A stretch of DNA of 64,000 bases from Candidatus Woesearchaeota archaeon (GCA_030750765.1 JASMHM010000005.1:14256-78255), one strand, 5' to 3'; numbered from the stretch's first letter, positions 1 to 10,076 are shown. Made by a program: numbers and translations. Notes: generated by a model from the sequence alone, not told the origin.

Positions 1-583
1 ACTAGAAAGCATCGGCGCAAAAGCCGGAGCACTCGCAGGAAGATTCGTGGACGCCACAACCTTTGAAAGTGAGCCAGAAGACGTTATCAGAAATGAACTA
101 CTCACGCTAGGCTTTGCAGAAGACGGCACAGAATCCATGTATGATGGACTAACCGGACACCGCATGCAAGCAAGAATATTCATAGGAAGCATGTACTATC
201 TCAAACTCAAACACATGGTGGCAAACAAGATCCACTCACGAGCAAGAGGACCCATCCAACTACTTACCAGACAACCCACAGAAGGCCGAGCAAAAGAAGG
301 AGGCCTACGACTAGGGGAGATGGAAAAAGACACCTTTGTAGCACACGGATCAGCACTCCTACTCAAGGAACGCTTCGACTCAGACAAGACCGTTGTTCCT
401 GTATGTGAAGAGTGTGGGATGATCGCAGTGTATGACGCATTCAAAGAAAAAAGCCTATGCCCTGTCTGCGGAGACAACGCAGTCATCCACGACGTAGAAA
501 TGAGCTACGCATTCAAACTTATACTAGACGAGTTCAAGAGTTTAGGAGTGTATCCAAAACTAGAACTAGGAAACCGATACTGA
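1..583 (+). CDS. rpoB: DNA-directed RNA polymerase subunit B, C-terminal part (5' end lies outside the window)
   Basis: Translation ...GSMYYLKLKHMVANKIHSRARGPIQLLTRQPTEGRAKEGGLRLGEMEKD...CEECGMIAVYD... is the conserved RpoB/Rpb2 C-terminal zinc-ribbon region. The frame is open to base 2. The stop TGA at 581-583 overlaps the rpoA1 ATG (TGATG). Confidence 0.9.
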   Translation, partial: LESIGAKAGALAGRFVDATTFESEPEDVIRNELLTLGFAEDGTESMYDGLTGHRMQARIFIGSMYYLKLKHMVANKIHSRARGPIQLLTRQPTEGRAKEGGLRLGEMEKDTFVAHGSALLLKERFDSDKTVVPVCEECGMIAVYDAFKEKSLCPVCGDNAVIHDVEMSYAFKLILDEFKSLGVYPKLELGNRY

Positions 584-3393
584 TGGCAGAAGAAGCACCA
601 CCCGAAGCAGAAGCGACAGAAGTAGTCGCCACTCCTGAAGGCGCCCCTGAAAGTACACCTGAAAGTACACCTGAAAGTACACCTGAAAGTACACCTGAAA
701 GTACACCTGAAAGTACACCTGAAGGTGCCCCTGAAGGTGCACCAGAAGAAGGAGACATGGTCGTTGAGCCACGTGTACCCCTCACACCAGAAGAGGAACG
801 CGCACTTCGTGAAAAATTCGAAGCCACAACTCGGTATGTTAACAAAAAAGTAACAAGCATTTTCTTCGGACTTCTAGGGCCGCGCATGATCAAAAAGATG
901 GCCCGCTCCAAGATAGTGACACCAGAATTGTACGACAAAGAAGGTTATCCAGTAGATGGAGGTCTTATGGACGTACGCCTAGGCGTTATCGACCCAGGAT
1001 TACGATGTAAGACTTGCGGAAGCAAGCTCAAAGAATGTATCGGCCACTTTGGCTACATCGAAATTGCCCGCCCTGTCATCCATATCAACTTCGTAAAGAT
1101 CGTACACACAATGTTACAATGCAGTTGCAGAGAATGCGGCCGCGTTTTGATCCCTGACGAAAACATCCAAAAAGCAAGAGAAGAGTTAGAACAAATAGAG
1201 ACAGACGAAGGTGTTGAGGCTCGAAGAGACGCAGTCAAAAACTTTGTGTCCAGCACAAAGAAAATGAGCAAGTGCCCGCACTGCAACGCCAAACAAGAAA
1301 AAATCACACTAGAAAAACCAACCACATTCATGGCTGATGCCGAACGAAGAATAACCCCTATCGAGATTAGGTCTCGCCTGGAAAAGATCCCAGACAATGA
1401 CTGTTGGGTGTTTGGTGTCAACCCAGAAAGCGCCAGACCAGAATGGATGGTGCTAACCGTACTAGCCATCCCTCCTGTCACCGTACGACCAAGCATCACA
1501 TTAGAAAGTGGAGAACGAAGTGAAGATGACCTTACCCACAAGCTAGGTGACATTGTTAGAATCAACCAACGACTCTTTGAAAACATCAACGCCGGAGCAC
1601 CAGAAATCATAGTAGAAGACTTGTGGGACTTGCTCCAATACCACGTCACCACATTCTTTGACAACGAAGTAGCACAATTACCGCCTGCCAGACACCGATC
1701 TGGTCAGCCCCTGAAAACAATCTCAGAAAGAATCAAGAGCAAAGAAGGACGTATCAGGCACAACCTGGCTGGAAAACGAACCAACTTCTGCGCTCGCACC
1801 GTGATCAGTCCAGACACCATGCTGGCAATCAACGAAGTAGGCGTGCCCAAAGTCATAGCCATGAAAATTACAGTACCCGAAATAATCAACGAGTGGAACC
1901 GGGAATACCTCAAGAAGTTCGTAGAAAACGGACCCACCAAGTACCCTGGAGCAAACTATCTCGTACGACCAGACGGAAAAAAGAAAAAAATCACTGACGA
2001 AACCAAAGAAGCCATACTCGAAGAATTGCAGCCTGGCTACGTGGTCGAACGCCACCTTATCGATGGAGATGTAAGCGTATTCAACCGACAACCTAGTCTG
2101 CACAGAATGAGTATGATGTGTCACAAGGTGCGTGTGCTTCCAGGAAGAACACTACGCCTGAACCCTGCAGTATGTGCGCCGTATAACGCAGACTTTGATG
2201 GGGACGAAATGAACCTTCACCTTCCACAAACAGAAGAAGCAAGAGCAGAGGCAGAGATCCTCCTAGATGTACAAACCCAACTTATCAGTCCAGGTTATGG
2301 CGGAAGCGCCATCGGTTGCATCCACGACGGTATCTCTGGCAACTTCGTACTCACCAAATTCATAGACTTAACCTATCAAGAAGCCGTAGACCTCTTATGT
2401 GCAATAGGCCTATTCAATGTTGACAAGCTACCAAACAAGAAGATAATCACCGGAAAAGAGCTGTTCAGCACACTCTTACCCGACGACTTCACCTTCCACG
2501 GCAAGTCCAAAAACGGAGAAGAAGTCGTGGTAGAGAAAGGTCAACTCGTCAAGGGAGTTATCGATCAGAAGACCGTTGGAGGAGAGGGAGCAGGAGAGAT
2601 GATCCGTGCACTCCAGAAAGAGTACGGAAGTCAGCAAACCATCGACATCATCCACTCCATCTTCAAACTAGGCATAGAAGTGTTGCTCCACACCGGCATC
2701 AGCGCTCCTGTGTCCGATATTGATATGCCAAAAGCAGCCAACACCAAGATACAAGAGTTACTCGTCCAAGCAGAGGAAGAGGTAGCTCAAATCATCCAGG
2801 ACTTTGAAGGTGGACAGCTCGAAGCACACCCAGGAAGAACGGTCAAGGAGACCATAGAATTACGCATCCTAGAAATCCTAAACAAAGCAAGAAATTCCTG
2901 CGGAGACACCATCCGAGAGCATTTCACCGAAGGATTGAACAGCACCAGCATCATCAGCTCGGGAGCAAGAGGAAACATACTCAACATAGTACAAATGGCG
3001 GCATGTGTAGGTCAGCAAGCACTAAGGGGAAAGCGAATCGACAAAGGATACAAAGGTCGAACACTCAGCTGCTTCAAACATGGAGATCTCAAACCAGAGT
3101 CACGCGGTTTTGTTCGTAACAGCTTCAGAAAGGGACTCAACCCTAAGGAGTTCTTCTTCCACGCCATCACAGGAAGAGACAGTCTGATGGACACTGCACT
3201 AAGAACGCCAAAGAGCGGATACCTCTACCGAAGACTAGCAAACGCAATGCAAGACTTGAAGGTAGAACATGACAAAACAGTAAGAGACGCAAACGGTCGA
3301 ATCATACAATTCTTGTACGGAGAAGACGGCATAGACGTCTCCCGTTCAGAAAAAGGAACAGTCAACGTTGACAGGATAACGAGGCAATCATGA
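583..3393 (+). CDS. rpoA1: DNA-directed RNA polymerase subunit A' (Rpo1N)
   Basis: Conserved blocks FGLLGPRMIKKMA, zinc site CKTCG...CIGHFG, RPDWMVLTVLAIPPVTVRPS, NADFDGDEMNLH (catalytic DFDGD) and RVLPGRTLRLNP. Start at ATG 583 overlaps the rpoB stop. There is a ~85-aa N-terminal extension with a PEST tandem repeat before the conserved core. Confidence 0.9.
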   Translation: MAEEAPPEAEATEVVATPEGAPESTPESTPESTPESTPESTPESTPEGAPEGAPEEGDMVVEPRVPLTPEEERALREKFEATTRYVNKKVTSIFFGLLGPRMIKKMARSKIVTPELYDKEGYPVDGGLMDVRLGVIDPGLRCKTCGSKLKECIGHFGYIEIARPVIHINFVKIVHTMLQCSCRECGRVLIPDENIQKAREELEQIETDEGVEARRDAVKNFVSSTKKMSKCPHCNAKQEKITLEKPTTFMADAERRITPIEIRSRLEKIPDNDCWVFGVNPESARPEWMVLTVLAIPPVTVRPSITLESGERSEDDLTHKLGDIVRINQRLFENINAGAPEIIVEDLWDLLQYHVTTFFDNEVAQLPPARHRSGQPLKTISERIKSKEGRIRHNLAGKRTNFCARTVISPDTMLAINEVGVPKVIAMKITVPEIINEWNREYLKKFVENGPTKYPGANYLVRPDGKKKKITDETKEAILEELQPGYVVERHLIDGDVSVFNRQPSLHRMSMMCHKVRVLPGRTLRLNPAVCAPYNADFDGDEMNLHLPQTEEARAEAEILLDVQTQLISPGYGGSAIGCIHDGISGNFVLTKFIDLTYQEAVDLLCAIGLFNVDKLPNKKIITGKELFSTLLPDDFTFHGKSKNGEEVVVEKGQLVKGVIDQKTVGGEGAGEMIRALQKEYGSQQTIDIIHSIFKLGIEVLLHTGISAPVSDIDMPKAANTKIQELLVQAEEEVAQIIQDFEGGQLEAHPGRTVKETIELRILEILNKARNSCGDTIREHFTEGLNSTSIISSGARGNILNIVQMAACVGQQALRGKRIDKGYKGRTLSCFKHGDLKPESRGFVRNSFRKGLNPKEFFFHAITGRDSLMDTALRTPKSGYLYRRLANAMQDLKVEHDKTVRDANGRIIQFLYGEDGIDVSRSEKGTVNVDRITRQS
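634..741. repeat. 12-nt in-frame tandem repeat (cctgaaagtaca x6 plus flanking variants) encoding (PEST)n/(PEGA)n in the RpoA' N-terminal extension
   Basis: Direct reading: cct gaa agt aca repeated 6 times perfectly (646-717), flanked by cctgaaggcgcc / cctgaaggtgcc / cctgaaggtgca units. Confidence 0.85.
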
Positions 3394-4502
3394 AACCAGA
3401 ACTCAAAGCATACGCAGACAGGCTCAACAAGAAACTCTTAGCACAGCTAGAGGAAGTACCTTCCTCCAAACTAGCCAAAGTCAGCAAGATCGTTGCTGAA
3501 GAGTTAGAGACCGCACAAGTAGATGCAGGAGAAGCAGTAGGCCTGATCTGCGCAGAAAGCATAGGCGAACAAGGCACACAGATGACTTTGGACACCTTCC
3601 ACTTTGCAGGTGTCGCAGAGATGAACGTTACCATGGGTCTACCAAGACTCATCGAAATCCTGGATGGAAGAAAACTGATCAAGACACCCATGATGGAGAT
3701 CTTCCTCAAAAGTCCATACAACAAAGGAAAGGACGTTCGAGAGCTAGCACGCAAGCTCAAAGCAACAAAAGTTGGCGACTTAGTCAAAGAATACAGCATG
3801 AACATCGCAGAACTCAAACTCCAACTCACCATGGACGAGGACAAAATGAAGACATGGGGAGTCACACCCGCAGCACTCAGCAAAGCCATCAGTAAAGGTG
3901 TCAAAGCCAAGGTAAAGATGGATGGCAACGTTGTGGAAGTCAAATTAAAGGACGATAGCGATCTTAGCGCACTCTATGCTCTAAGAGGAACGATTAACGA
4001 AATTCAAGCCGCAGGTATCAAGGGCATCAGCCAAGTACTTACTGTAGAAAGAGGGGAAGAGTTCCTCATCATTACTAGTGGTACCAACCTCAAAAAAGTG
4101 TTGGAACTAGAATTCGTTGACGGAGAACGAACAACCACCAATGATCTATACGAAATTGCGAAAGTGTTAGGCATCGAAGCCGCACGCCAAGCAATCATCA
4201 ACGAGGTAGACCGAGTCATTGACGCACAAGGATTGAGCATCGATACCCGACACGTGCTCCTTGTTGCAGACACGATGACGGTAAGTGGTAGCATCAAAGG
4301 TATCACCCGATACGGTGTCGTGAGTGAGAAGAGCTCCGTCCTTGCCAGAGCAAGTTTCGAGACACCCATCAAGCACTTGATTAACGCAACCCTTGCTGGT
4401 GAAAGGGACCCACTCAACAGCGTTGTGGAGAACGTCATGCTGAACCAACTCATTCCTGTAGGAACAGGACTGCCCAAATTGAACATGGAGAAGAAGAAGT
4501 AA
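3390..4502 (+). CDS. rpoA2: DNA-directed RNA polymerase subunit A'' (Rpo1C)
   Basis: Start overlaps the rpoA1 stop (ATGA). Translation contains GEAVGLICAESIGEQGTQMTLDTFHFAG (trigger-loop region) typical of archaeal A''. It lies in the canonical position after A'. Confidence 0.9.
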   Translation: MKPELKAYADRLNKKLLAQLEEVPSSKLAKVSKIVAEELETAQVDAGEAVGLICAESIGEQGTQMTLDTFHFAGVAEMNVTMGLPRLIEILDGRKLIKTPMMEIFLKSPYNKGKDVRELARKLKATKVGDLVKEYSMNIAELKLQLTMDEDKMKTWGVTPAALSKAISKGVKAKVKMDGNVVEVKLKDDSDLSALYALRGTINEIQAAGIKGISQVLTVERGEEFLIITSGTNLKKVLELEFVDGERTTTNDLYEIAKVLGIEAARQAIINEVDRVIDAQGLSIDTRHVLLVADTMTVSGSIKGITRYGVVSEKSSVLARASFETPIKHLINATLAGERDPLNSVVENVMLNQLIPVGTGLPKLNMEKKK

Positions 4503-4750
4503 TGGACATTCGCAAACTTGTTGAAGCAGACAAAGTCATTATTGGTTCTGACCGTGTACTCAAAGGTATGGCCAAGGAAACTCTCAAAGAAGTGCTGGTC
4601 ACGAGAAACATTGCCCAACTCATCAAACAAAAAGTTGAGCACTATGCAAAATTGCATGATATAAAGATTACCGAGCTAGAACAAAATTCTGAGGAACTTG
4701 GTGTTCTGTGTAAGAAACCCTTTAACATTTCTATTATTGGAGTAATATGA
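4502..4750 (+). CDS. rpl30e: ribosomal protein L30e
   Basis: 82 aa, L7Ae/L30e-fold pattern (GVLCKKPF..SIIGV). Canonical position between rpoA2 and nusA. TAATG overlap with the rpoA2 stop. Confidence 0.75.
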   Translation: MDIRKLVEADKVIIGSDRVLKGMAKETLKEVLVTRNIAQLIKQKVEHYAKLHDIKITELEQNSEELGVLCKKPFNISIIGVI

Positions 4751-5157
4751 CTCGAACCTTAAACGCAGACGATCTTAAACTAATGAATCTTTTTGAGAAG
4801 CGCACAGGCGCAGTACTCAAGGACTGCATTAAGACAGGTGAAATCATAGCCTTTATCGTTATCCAAGGACTAGAGAAGGCGATTGGACCTGGCGGCAAAA
4901 ACATCAAGCCCCTAGAAAAGGCCATGAACAAGCGCATTCGTGTGATCCAATGGGATGAGGACCAAGGACAGTTCATCAAGAACGCTTTCTCTCCCTACCA
5001 AATCTCAAACATCATTGAAAAGGACGGAAAAATCACCTTGGAAGCTGCTGATTACAAGACAAGAGGCATGCTTATAGGAAGGAATGCTTCCACCTTACGC
5101 ACCAATGAGTCTATCATAAAGCGTTATTTCCCTATTGGAGAACTTCGCGTAGCATAA
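4747..5157 (+). CDS. nusA: archaeal NusA-like transcription termination factor (two KH domains)
   Basis: 136 aa, KH GXXG motif (GPGGKNIK). Canonical position after L30e. ATGA overlap with the L30e stop. Confidence 0.8.
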   Translation: MTRTLNADDLKLMNLFEKRTGAVLKDCIKTGEIIAFIVIQGLEKAIGPGGKNIKPLEKAMNKRIRVIQWDEDQGQFIKNAFSPYQISNIIEKDGKITLEAADYKTRGMLIGRNASTLRTNESIIKRYFPIGELRVA

Positions 5158-5697
5158 CTACTTCCACTTAATACTACAACCCATCGCAGGAGTTACTGGT
5201 TCTGGGATTTCTTTGTCTTCTTGAATGGCAAGGATGGCATCCTTGAAATCTTCTTTGGCAACATTACCGGGGTCCTGCCAGTTGTCATCAAACCGTCCTT
5301 GGTAGCGTAACTTTCTTTCTTTGTCAAAGATAAAGAAGTGAGGGGTGCACTGGCCTCCGAAGTCTTTGGCCACCAATTGTGATTCATCGTGCAAATACAA
5401 AAAGTGCAGGTCCTTTTCCTTCACTCGTTTCACCATGGCATCAAACGAATCTTCTGGGTATTCTGAAGAGTTGTTGCTGTTGATGCCTACCACGCTAATG
5501 TTGGTGAAGTTCTTTGCTACCTCATTAATTCTGGGTTCTACGGCTATGGCGTAGGGGCAGTGATTGCAGGTGAAGAACACCGCAAGAATGTCTGCATGGA
5601 AGTCCTCGAGCTTGTACATTTTTCCATCGGTACCTGGAAGATCGAATCCAGGACACGAGTCGCCAATCTTGAGTTTGTATTCCACGCTTTCCATCAT
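5158..5697 (-). CDS. thioredoxin-fold thiol-disulfide oxidoreductase (AhpC/TSA/TlpA-like redoxin)
   Basis: CxxC-type motif (TCNHCPYA) embedded in a redoxin-like beta-alpha pattern. It replaces the rps12-rps7-EF2 genes that normally follow nusA. Confidence 0.55.
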   Translation of the reverse strand: MMESVEYKLKIGDSCPGFDLPGTDGKMYKLEDFHADILAVFFTCNHCPYAIAVEPRINEVAKNFTNISVVGINSNNSSEYPEDSFDAMVKRVKEKDLHFLYLHDESQLVAKDFGGQCTPHFFIFDKERKLRYQGRFDDNWQDPGNVAKEDFKDAILAIQEDKEIPEPVTPAMGCSIKWK

Positions 5698-7742
5698 TCA
5701 AACGGTATGGGTTGGTCTCCGCCGGCCCATGGTCGGTATTCTCCAAAGGGTGGTGCAACGCTTGCCACCATGTATTGTGGGGTGTATGATCCGCCCACGT
5801 AGGAGTTGTGGATCTGTGAGAAGGGCACGCCGGGCGCTCCGTATTGTGTTCTTAGTTTTGGATCAAAGTGCTGCCACGCCTTCATGAGGATGCGGCCTGA
5901 GCCGAACTTTTCTTCCTCGTGACCTTCGCTTACGACCGGTCCGTTAAATCCTTTTTTCTTAAGAATGCTTACTGCGTCCTTGATTGGGAGGATGCCCTGG
6001 CCTGGTGGCAGGTGCGCGTGCGCCCCTGTTGCGGTGTCCACTGCTTGGACACCGGAGATCATGTTGTTTTCTGCTAATTTCTCTACTTGTTCCAGATACC
6101 ACGTATTGAACTCTTTGACGCGCTTTTCCCACGGAAGGTCTGTGCGGAAGTGTTCTAGCCACATGCCAAGGTGGCCCGTGTCGAATATTCCTTTGATGTG
6201 TTCTTCTGCGGATTTCTTGGCCTGCACCGCACCCACTCCTTCCTTAACAAGATCTTGTTCCATCTCTTTTCGGGAGGAAGTGATGATGTCGATGAATTCG
6301 TCGGGGTGTCCGCCAAAGTATTGCGGCCAGCCAAGTTCAGGACCTATTTGTAGGCTGTGCTTGAGTTTTCCTCCTCGCGCTTTCTGTTCTTCATACGCGA
6401 TCATGCCTGCCTTTTTGTACCCTTCGACGGCCTTTTCTCTTGCGTGACTTTCAAAGAACTGTGCGTTATCCTTTCTTCGCTCGTTTTCTGCCACGGATTG
6501 CTGTTGTTGCTGGATCTCTTTGAGGTAGTCTTTCACGTTGGTGTCAAACTGCTCTATCTTGATGTCTGTGTCTCTTTTTGCTGCAGAAACATCGTTCAAT
6601 TGAGCAAGTGATTCCTTGATGTTGTTTATGGAATGGACGTCGCCCTGCGCTTCGGCACCTTCTAAGTGTTGGTTCAATTCAGTCCGGTAGGCGTCGGGAT
6701 TGTTCAGTTTTTCTCTTTTACCCTGAAAAGATGCTAATTTGGACTGGTCTCCTTCTAGGAAACTTCTCGTTCTTGCAATGCTTGATCGCGCCTGGCTGAG
6801 TTCTCGTGCGAACAATTCTTCTCTAATGAGTTTGAAGGCTGCCTCTCGCACTTTCAGGTCGTCTCCCCAGTCTTTTGGGTTGAGGTAGGCGGGGTTTTCT
6901 TCCATCTGGCCTTTTTCCACCTCAACTGTTTTTTGTTTGAACTCTTCTTTTTCTTTGAACTCTTTGAGGTAGTCTTCCCAGGTGATGTATCGTTGCAGAT
7001 TGAGCTTTGCCACCTCTTTTTCGTCCATTCCTGAGGTGTCCTTCTCGAACTCTGTTTCTTTGTTCTTGTACTTAAAGAATGGATTTGGTAGTCTTCTTCG
7101 TGGCAACGCTTGGATCGCACCGGTTTCTACATCTACTAATCGTAACTCATCACGTACTGCTTCATCAGGGATCTCAAAGGTTTTCTGGTCCACGATGTGG
7201 CCGTTCTTGTCCTTGGTCTCTCCGATAGTCTTATTCCATGTTTGTTCGAACAACGCTCTCGGGAACTCAAAGCTTACTAAGTCTACCTCTCCGCCTCCGA
7301 GATCTGCAGCAAATTGTAGGGCCTCGCGTATTTCATCTAAATTCTCTTTTTGTGCCTGTTCGTCTATCCTTCTTTGTTGGGGATCGTATCCAGAAAGATT
7401 GGTTACTGCTCCGGTGGGGAGTTCGAATCCTATGAGGTTTGTTTGATTGGCGAGTGCTACTTCCTTGAGCGCTTCTCGCACTTCTTGTCCTGTTGCTTTG
7501 CTCCCGCCGCCCATGGGTTGCTTTCTGCTTGTAGAAAGTACAATTTGGATGTTCCCTGCTCCAGCTCTTATGGCTGCTTGGACGTTTTGTAGTATGTTTT
7601 TCCCTGTTACTGGGTCTGTCTCTACAACTGTTTGACCTATTTGATTAAGAGTGAGTACTGGTTCTTCTAAGGCTTCTTTTGGCTTGATGTCTGCCACGGG
7701 TGAGTAGCCTCGGTCCATACTGTTTGTTGGCTCGTACGCCAT
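5694..7742 (-). CDS. xylose-isomerase-like TIM-barrel (sugar phosphate isomerase/epimerase / AP-endonuclease-2 fold) protein with a ~380-aa charged coiled-coil insertion
   Basis: N-terminal barrel strands (IQIVLSTSRK...LIGFELP...DLVSFEFP) and C-terminal signature (GHLGMWLEHF...TGAHAHLPPGQGILPIKDAVSILKKKGFNGPVVSEGHEE) are separated by a long K/E/Q-rich helical region. Confidence 0.45.
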   Translation of the reverse strand: MAYEPTNSMDRGYSPVADIKPKEALEEPVLTLNQIGQTVVETDPVTGKNILQNVQAAIRAGAGNIQIVLSTSRKQPMGGGSKATGQEVREALKEVALANQTNLIGFELPTGAVTNLSGYDPQQRRIDEQAQKENLDEIREALQFAADLGGGEVDLVSFEFPRALFEQTWNKTIGETKDKNGHIVDQKTFEIPDEAVRDELRLVDVETGAIQALPRRRLPNPFFKYKNKETEFEKDTSGMDEKEVAKLNLQRYITWEDYLKEFKEKEEFKQKTVEVEKGQMEENPAYLNPKDWGDDLKVREAAFKLIREELFARELSQARSSIARTRSFLEGDQSKLASFQGKREKLNNPDAYRTELNQHLEGAEAQGDVHSINNIKESLAQLNDVSAAKRDTDIKIEQFDTNVKDYLKEIQQQQQSVAENERRKDNAQFFESHAREKAVEGYKKAGMIAYEEQKARGGKLKHSLQIGPELGWPQYFGGHPDEFIDIITSSRKEMEQDLVKEGVGAVQAKKSAEEHIKGIFDTGHLGMWLEHFRTDLPWEKRVKEFNTWYLEQVEKLAENNMISGVQAVDTATGAHAHLPPGQGILPIKDAVSILKKKGFNGPVVSEGHEEEKFGSGRILMKAWQHFDPKLRTQYGAPGVPFSQIHNSYVGGSYTPQYMVASVAPPFGEYRPWAGGDQPIPFE

Positions 7743-7774
7743 GGTCTAAGAATAGACTGCGGGTATATAAACTA

Positions 7775-8353
7775 TTAGTTGTAGTCCCTCTTGTTGCCTT
7801 GGCTCATGTATCTTTGTTGTTCTTGGTCGCGCATGTTGTCTGCTAGACTTTGGGCGTATTTGCGTACGTTCCCTGCTCGCTCTTCTATCGCTTCAAACTG
7901 GGCCTTGCTTGCTTCTGTGTCTTGGTAGCCGCGGCCACGTTTGAGTTCTTCTGCTGCGGTTATTTCGTAGAGTTCCTTGTCTTGTGAGTAGTTCTTGTCT
8001 GAGATTTGAGAAAGCTGGGAGGCTCTTTGGTAGTTCTCTTCTGTACTTTTTTGCGCGAATCGGTTGACCTCTTCGCGTACCTCTTCTTGGTGGGCTCGCT
8101 CCTCCAGATTTTCCTCTTTTGGTTCCTCTTTCTTGAACAGATCTTCGAGTTTGGTTTCTTTTTTTTGCCCTATGAAGTTTTGGATGGCGTCTTGCTCTAT
8201 TTCTGCTTCTTGGATCATTCCCGTAGTGGCAAGATTTTGCTTTTTGGATCGTTCTTCGCGTTTCCTGAGAAATTCTTTGAGTTGTTGCAGCGCTTTCACT
8301 CTCTGTTCGGGCGGCAGCTTCTTGATCTGTTCTATTAAGTCTTTTAGTTTCAC
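7775..8353 (-). CDS. hypothetical highly charged (K/E-rich) protein
   Basis: ORF only; no recognisable motif. Co-directional with flanking genes. Confidence 0.3.
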   Translation of the reverse strand: MKLKDLIEQIKKLPPEQRVKALQQLKEFLRKREERSKKQNLATTGMIQEAEIEQDAIQNFIGQKKETKLEDLFKKEEPKEENLEERAHQEEVREEVNRFAQKSTEENYQRASQLSQISDKNYSQDKELYEITAAEELKRGRGYQDTEASKAQFEAIEERAGNVRKYAQSLADNMRDQEQQRYMSQGNKRDYN

Positions 8354-8384
8354 GGTAGATAGAGTTGGTCTCGCTATATAATCT

Positions 8385-10076
8385 TTACCATGAAGGCATT
8401 CTATTAGCTTTCTTGAAGAGTTTGTAGTTGATGAAGGTGAGGATGCGTCCGATCCCTATGGCGCCTTTAATTTCTGACCCGCTAGCTTTTTTGGGTTTTG
8501 CTTCGGCTCCGAAGAGCTTCTTAATTTCGTCCCAGGAGAAGGGCTTGAGCATGTCTTTGGCTTCTGAATGCCATTCCTTGAAGGGGCCGAGAAGATCCCC
8601 GGTGGGTCTGACGAAGTCGTCAATGATGTCTAGAGGGACGCCGGCCTCTTTCATTTTCTCTCTTGCTTTTTTGGGTTGTTCTTGGTATTGCTTGTGCAAA
8701 CTCTTGGCGGTTTTGTAGTCTTTGGAGAGCTTGACATCGCCCACGTCTTCTCCTGCCTCTGCTAGGAATATTTCCAAATCTTCGCCAATAGCTTTCATCG
8801 TGTCTGCTACCGAGCTATCTATCTCCCCTAGGATGCCGATGTCTTCAGACATCCTTAATTTTTTGTAGTTGTCTACTTGTTCTTTGGTCCAGGGGTACAA
8901 GCGCCATGTAATCTTGCTCTCCCCTACATGGATGGGGCCTCGGTGGAAGCCTTCTTGTTGGAAGCTCATCTGTGGGCGTGTTCGGTATTCTATGGTGACG
9001 AGTAGGCAGTTGAACACGTTTTCGTTCTTTTCTGGCATGTTCATTCCTAGTATTTCTATCTCTGCCAGGTTGCCTTCAAACGCAGTAACCATGTGCGGGC
9101 TGTCCATCATGGTTTCATTGCTTTGTAATCGTTCAATGTGGCGTAGGTAAGGTCGTACCCAGGACATGTACATCTTGAGGATGTTGTAGTGTTGTCGTAA
9201 GTATTTGAGCTCAAATCCTTTGCGTACTTTGAGCTCATCGTAGTTTACCTCTCGCCAGGTCATGTATTGTAGTAATTTCCTTTTGAGGGTTAACTTGAGC
9301 GTGCTGTTGACTTCTAACTCACCTACCAGCTTGTCTACTTGTTCTTTGTTCTTTGGCCTTAAGCTGAAGAAGAAATCAGGTAAGGAGGTAAACTGGAGTT
9401 GGGTTGCCATCTGGAATAGGTTGGCTGCGGTTCTTTGTCCTTGGAACACGCCATCTACAAGGTCTACCCATAATCCTTTGAGCGTGACCTCTGCGTCTTC
9501 TTGTCCTTTGCGCGCCATTTCGTGGTAGGTGAGTCGTTCTTGGATCCAGCGGAGGTCGCGTACGAGCTGGAAGAGATCTCTTCTGATAAACTGACCAATT
9601 TGGGCGAGATATTGGGATACTTTGTCTTGGGCTAGGCCAATTCTTTGTGCGCCTGCTCCGTAGAAGCTGGACTGTTCTGACGCAGTGAACAAGTCACGAA
9701 TCTTTTCTATGTGCCCATAGCCAGTATCAGTCATTAGATGGAGTATTATTTGGTATAAGGGTTCAATGCTGAGGTTGGGTGTTTCGTAGGTTATTTGGTA
9801 GCGTAGTTCTGGTTTGGGCCAGGGCATCATTTGCATCTGGTCTTTGGTAGTCTCTACCTCATCAAGTTCTACGTATTCTTCTATTTTGCCGTCTTTCTCC
9901 AGCGCTTCCATGAGCTGATCTTGTTTGGGCTTGCTCCACTTGCTAAAATTAGGGTGGTCGCTCGCAAAGCTGCTCTTGGCAAAGCCGTTTTCTATGAAAA
10001 GACGTGCAGTACTACTCATACGTCGAGGGTCTCCTTTTGGGTATTTACGCTTTATGAGGGCTTTCCTTCTTGGCAT
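8385..10076 (-). CDS. hypothetical protein (563 aa), no recognisable domain
   Basis: Long uninterrupted ORF, co-directional within the 5158-11368 minus-strand cluster. Confidence 0.35.
   Translation of the reverse strand: MPRRKALIKRKYPKGDPRRMSSTARLFIENGFAKSSFASDHPNFSKWSKPKQDQLMEALEKDGKIEEYVELDEVETTKDQMQMMPWPKPELRYQITYETPNLSIEPLYQIILHLMTDTGYGHIEKIRDLFTASEQSSFYGAGAQRIGLAQDKVSQYLAQIGQFIRRDLFQLVRDLRWIQERLTYHEMARKGQEDAEVTLKGLWVDLVDGVFQGQRTAANLFQMATQLQFTSLPDFFFSLRPKNKEQVDKLVGELEVNSTLKLTLKRKLLQYMTWREVNYDELKVRKGFELKYLRQHYNILKMYMSWVRPYLRHIERLQSNETMMDSPHMVTAFEGNLAEIEILGMNMPEKNENVFNCLLVTIEYRTRPQMSFQQEGFHRGPIHVGESKITWRLYPWTKEQVDNYKKLRMSEDIGILGEIDSSVADTMKAIGEDLEIFLAEAGEDVGDVKLSKDYKTAKSLHKQYQEQPKKAREKMKEAGVPLDIIDDFVRPTGDLLGPFKEWHSEAKDMLKPFSWDEIKKLFGAEAKPKKASGSEIKGAIGIGRILTFINYKLFKKANRMPSW

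Noticed and set aside
634-741. Possible CRISPR-like or regulatory repeat array at the start of rpoA1.
   Set aside because: Units are 12 nt with no spacers and read in frame as (PEST)n inside the ORF. It is a coding microsatellite, not CRISPR.
196-938. Antisense ORFs 196-486, 534-938 and 566-772 overlapping rpoB/rpoA1.
   Set aside because: They are opposite highly conserved RNA polymerase coding sequence. The 566-772 ORF is just the reverse reading of the PEST repeat.
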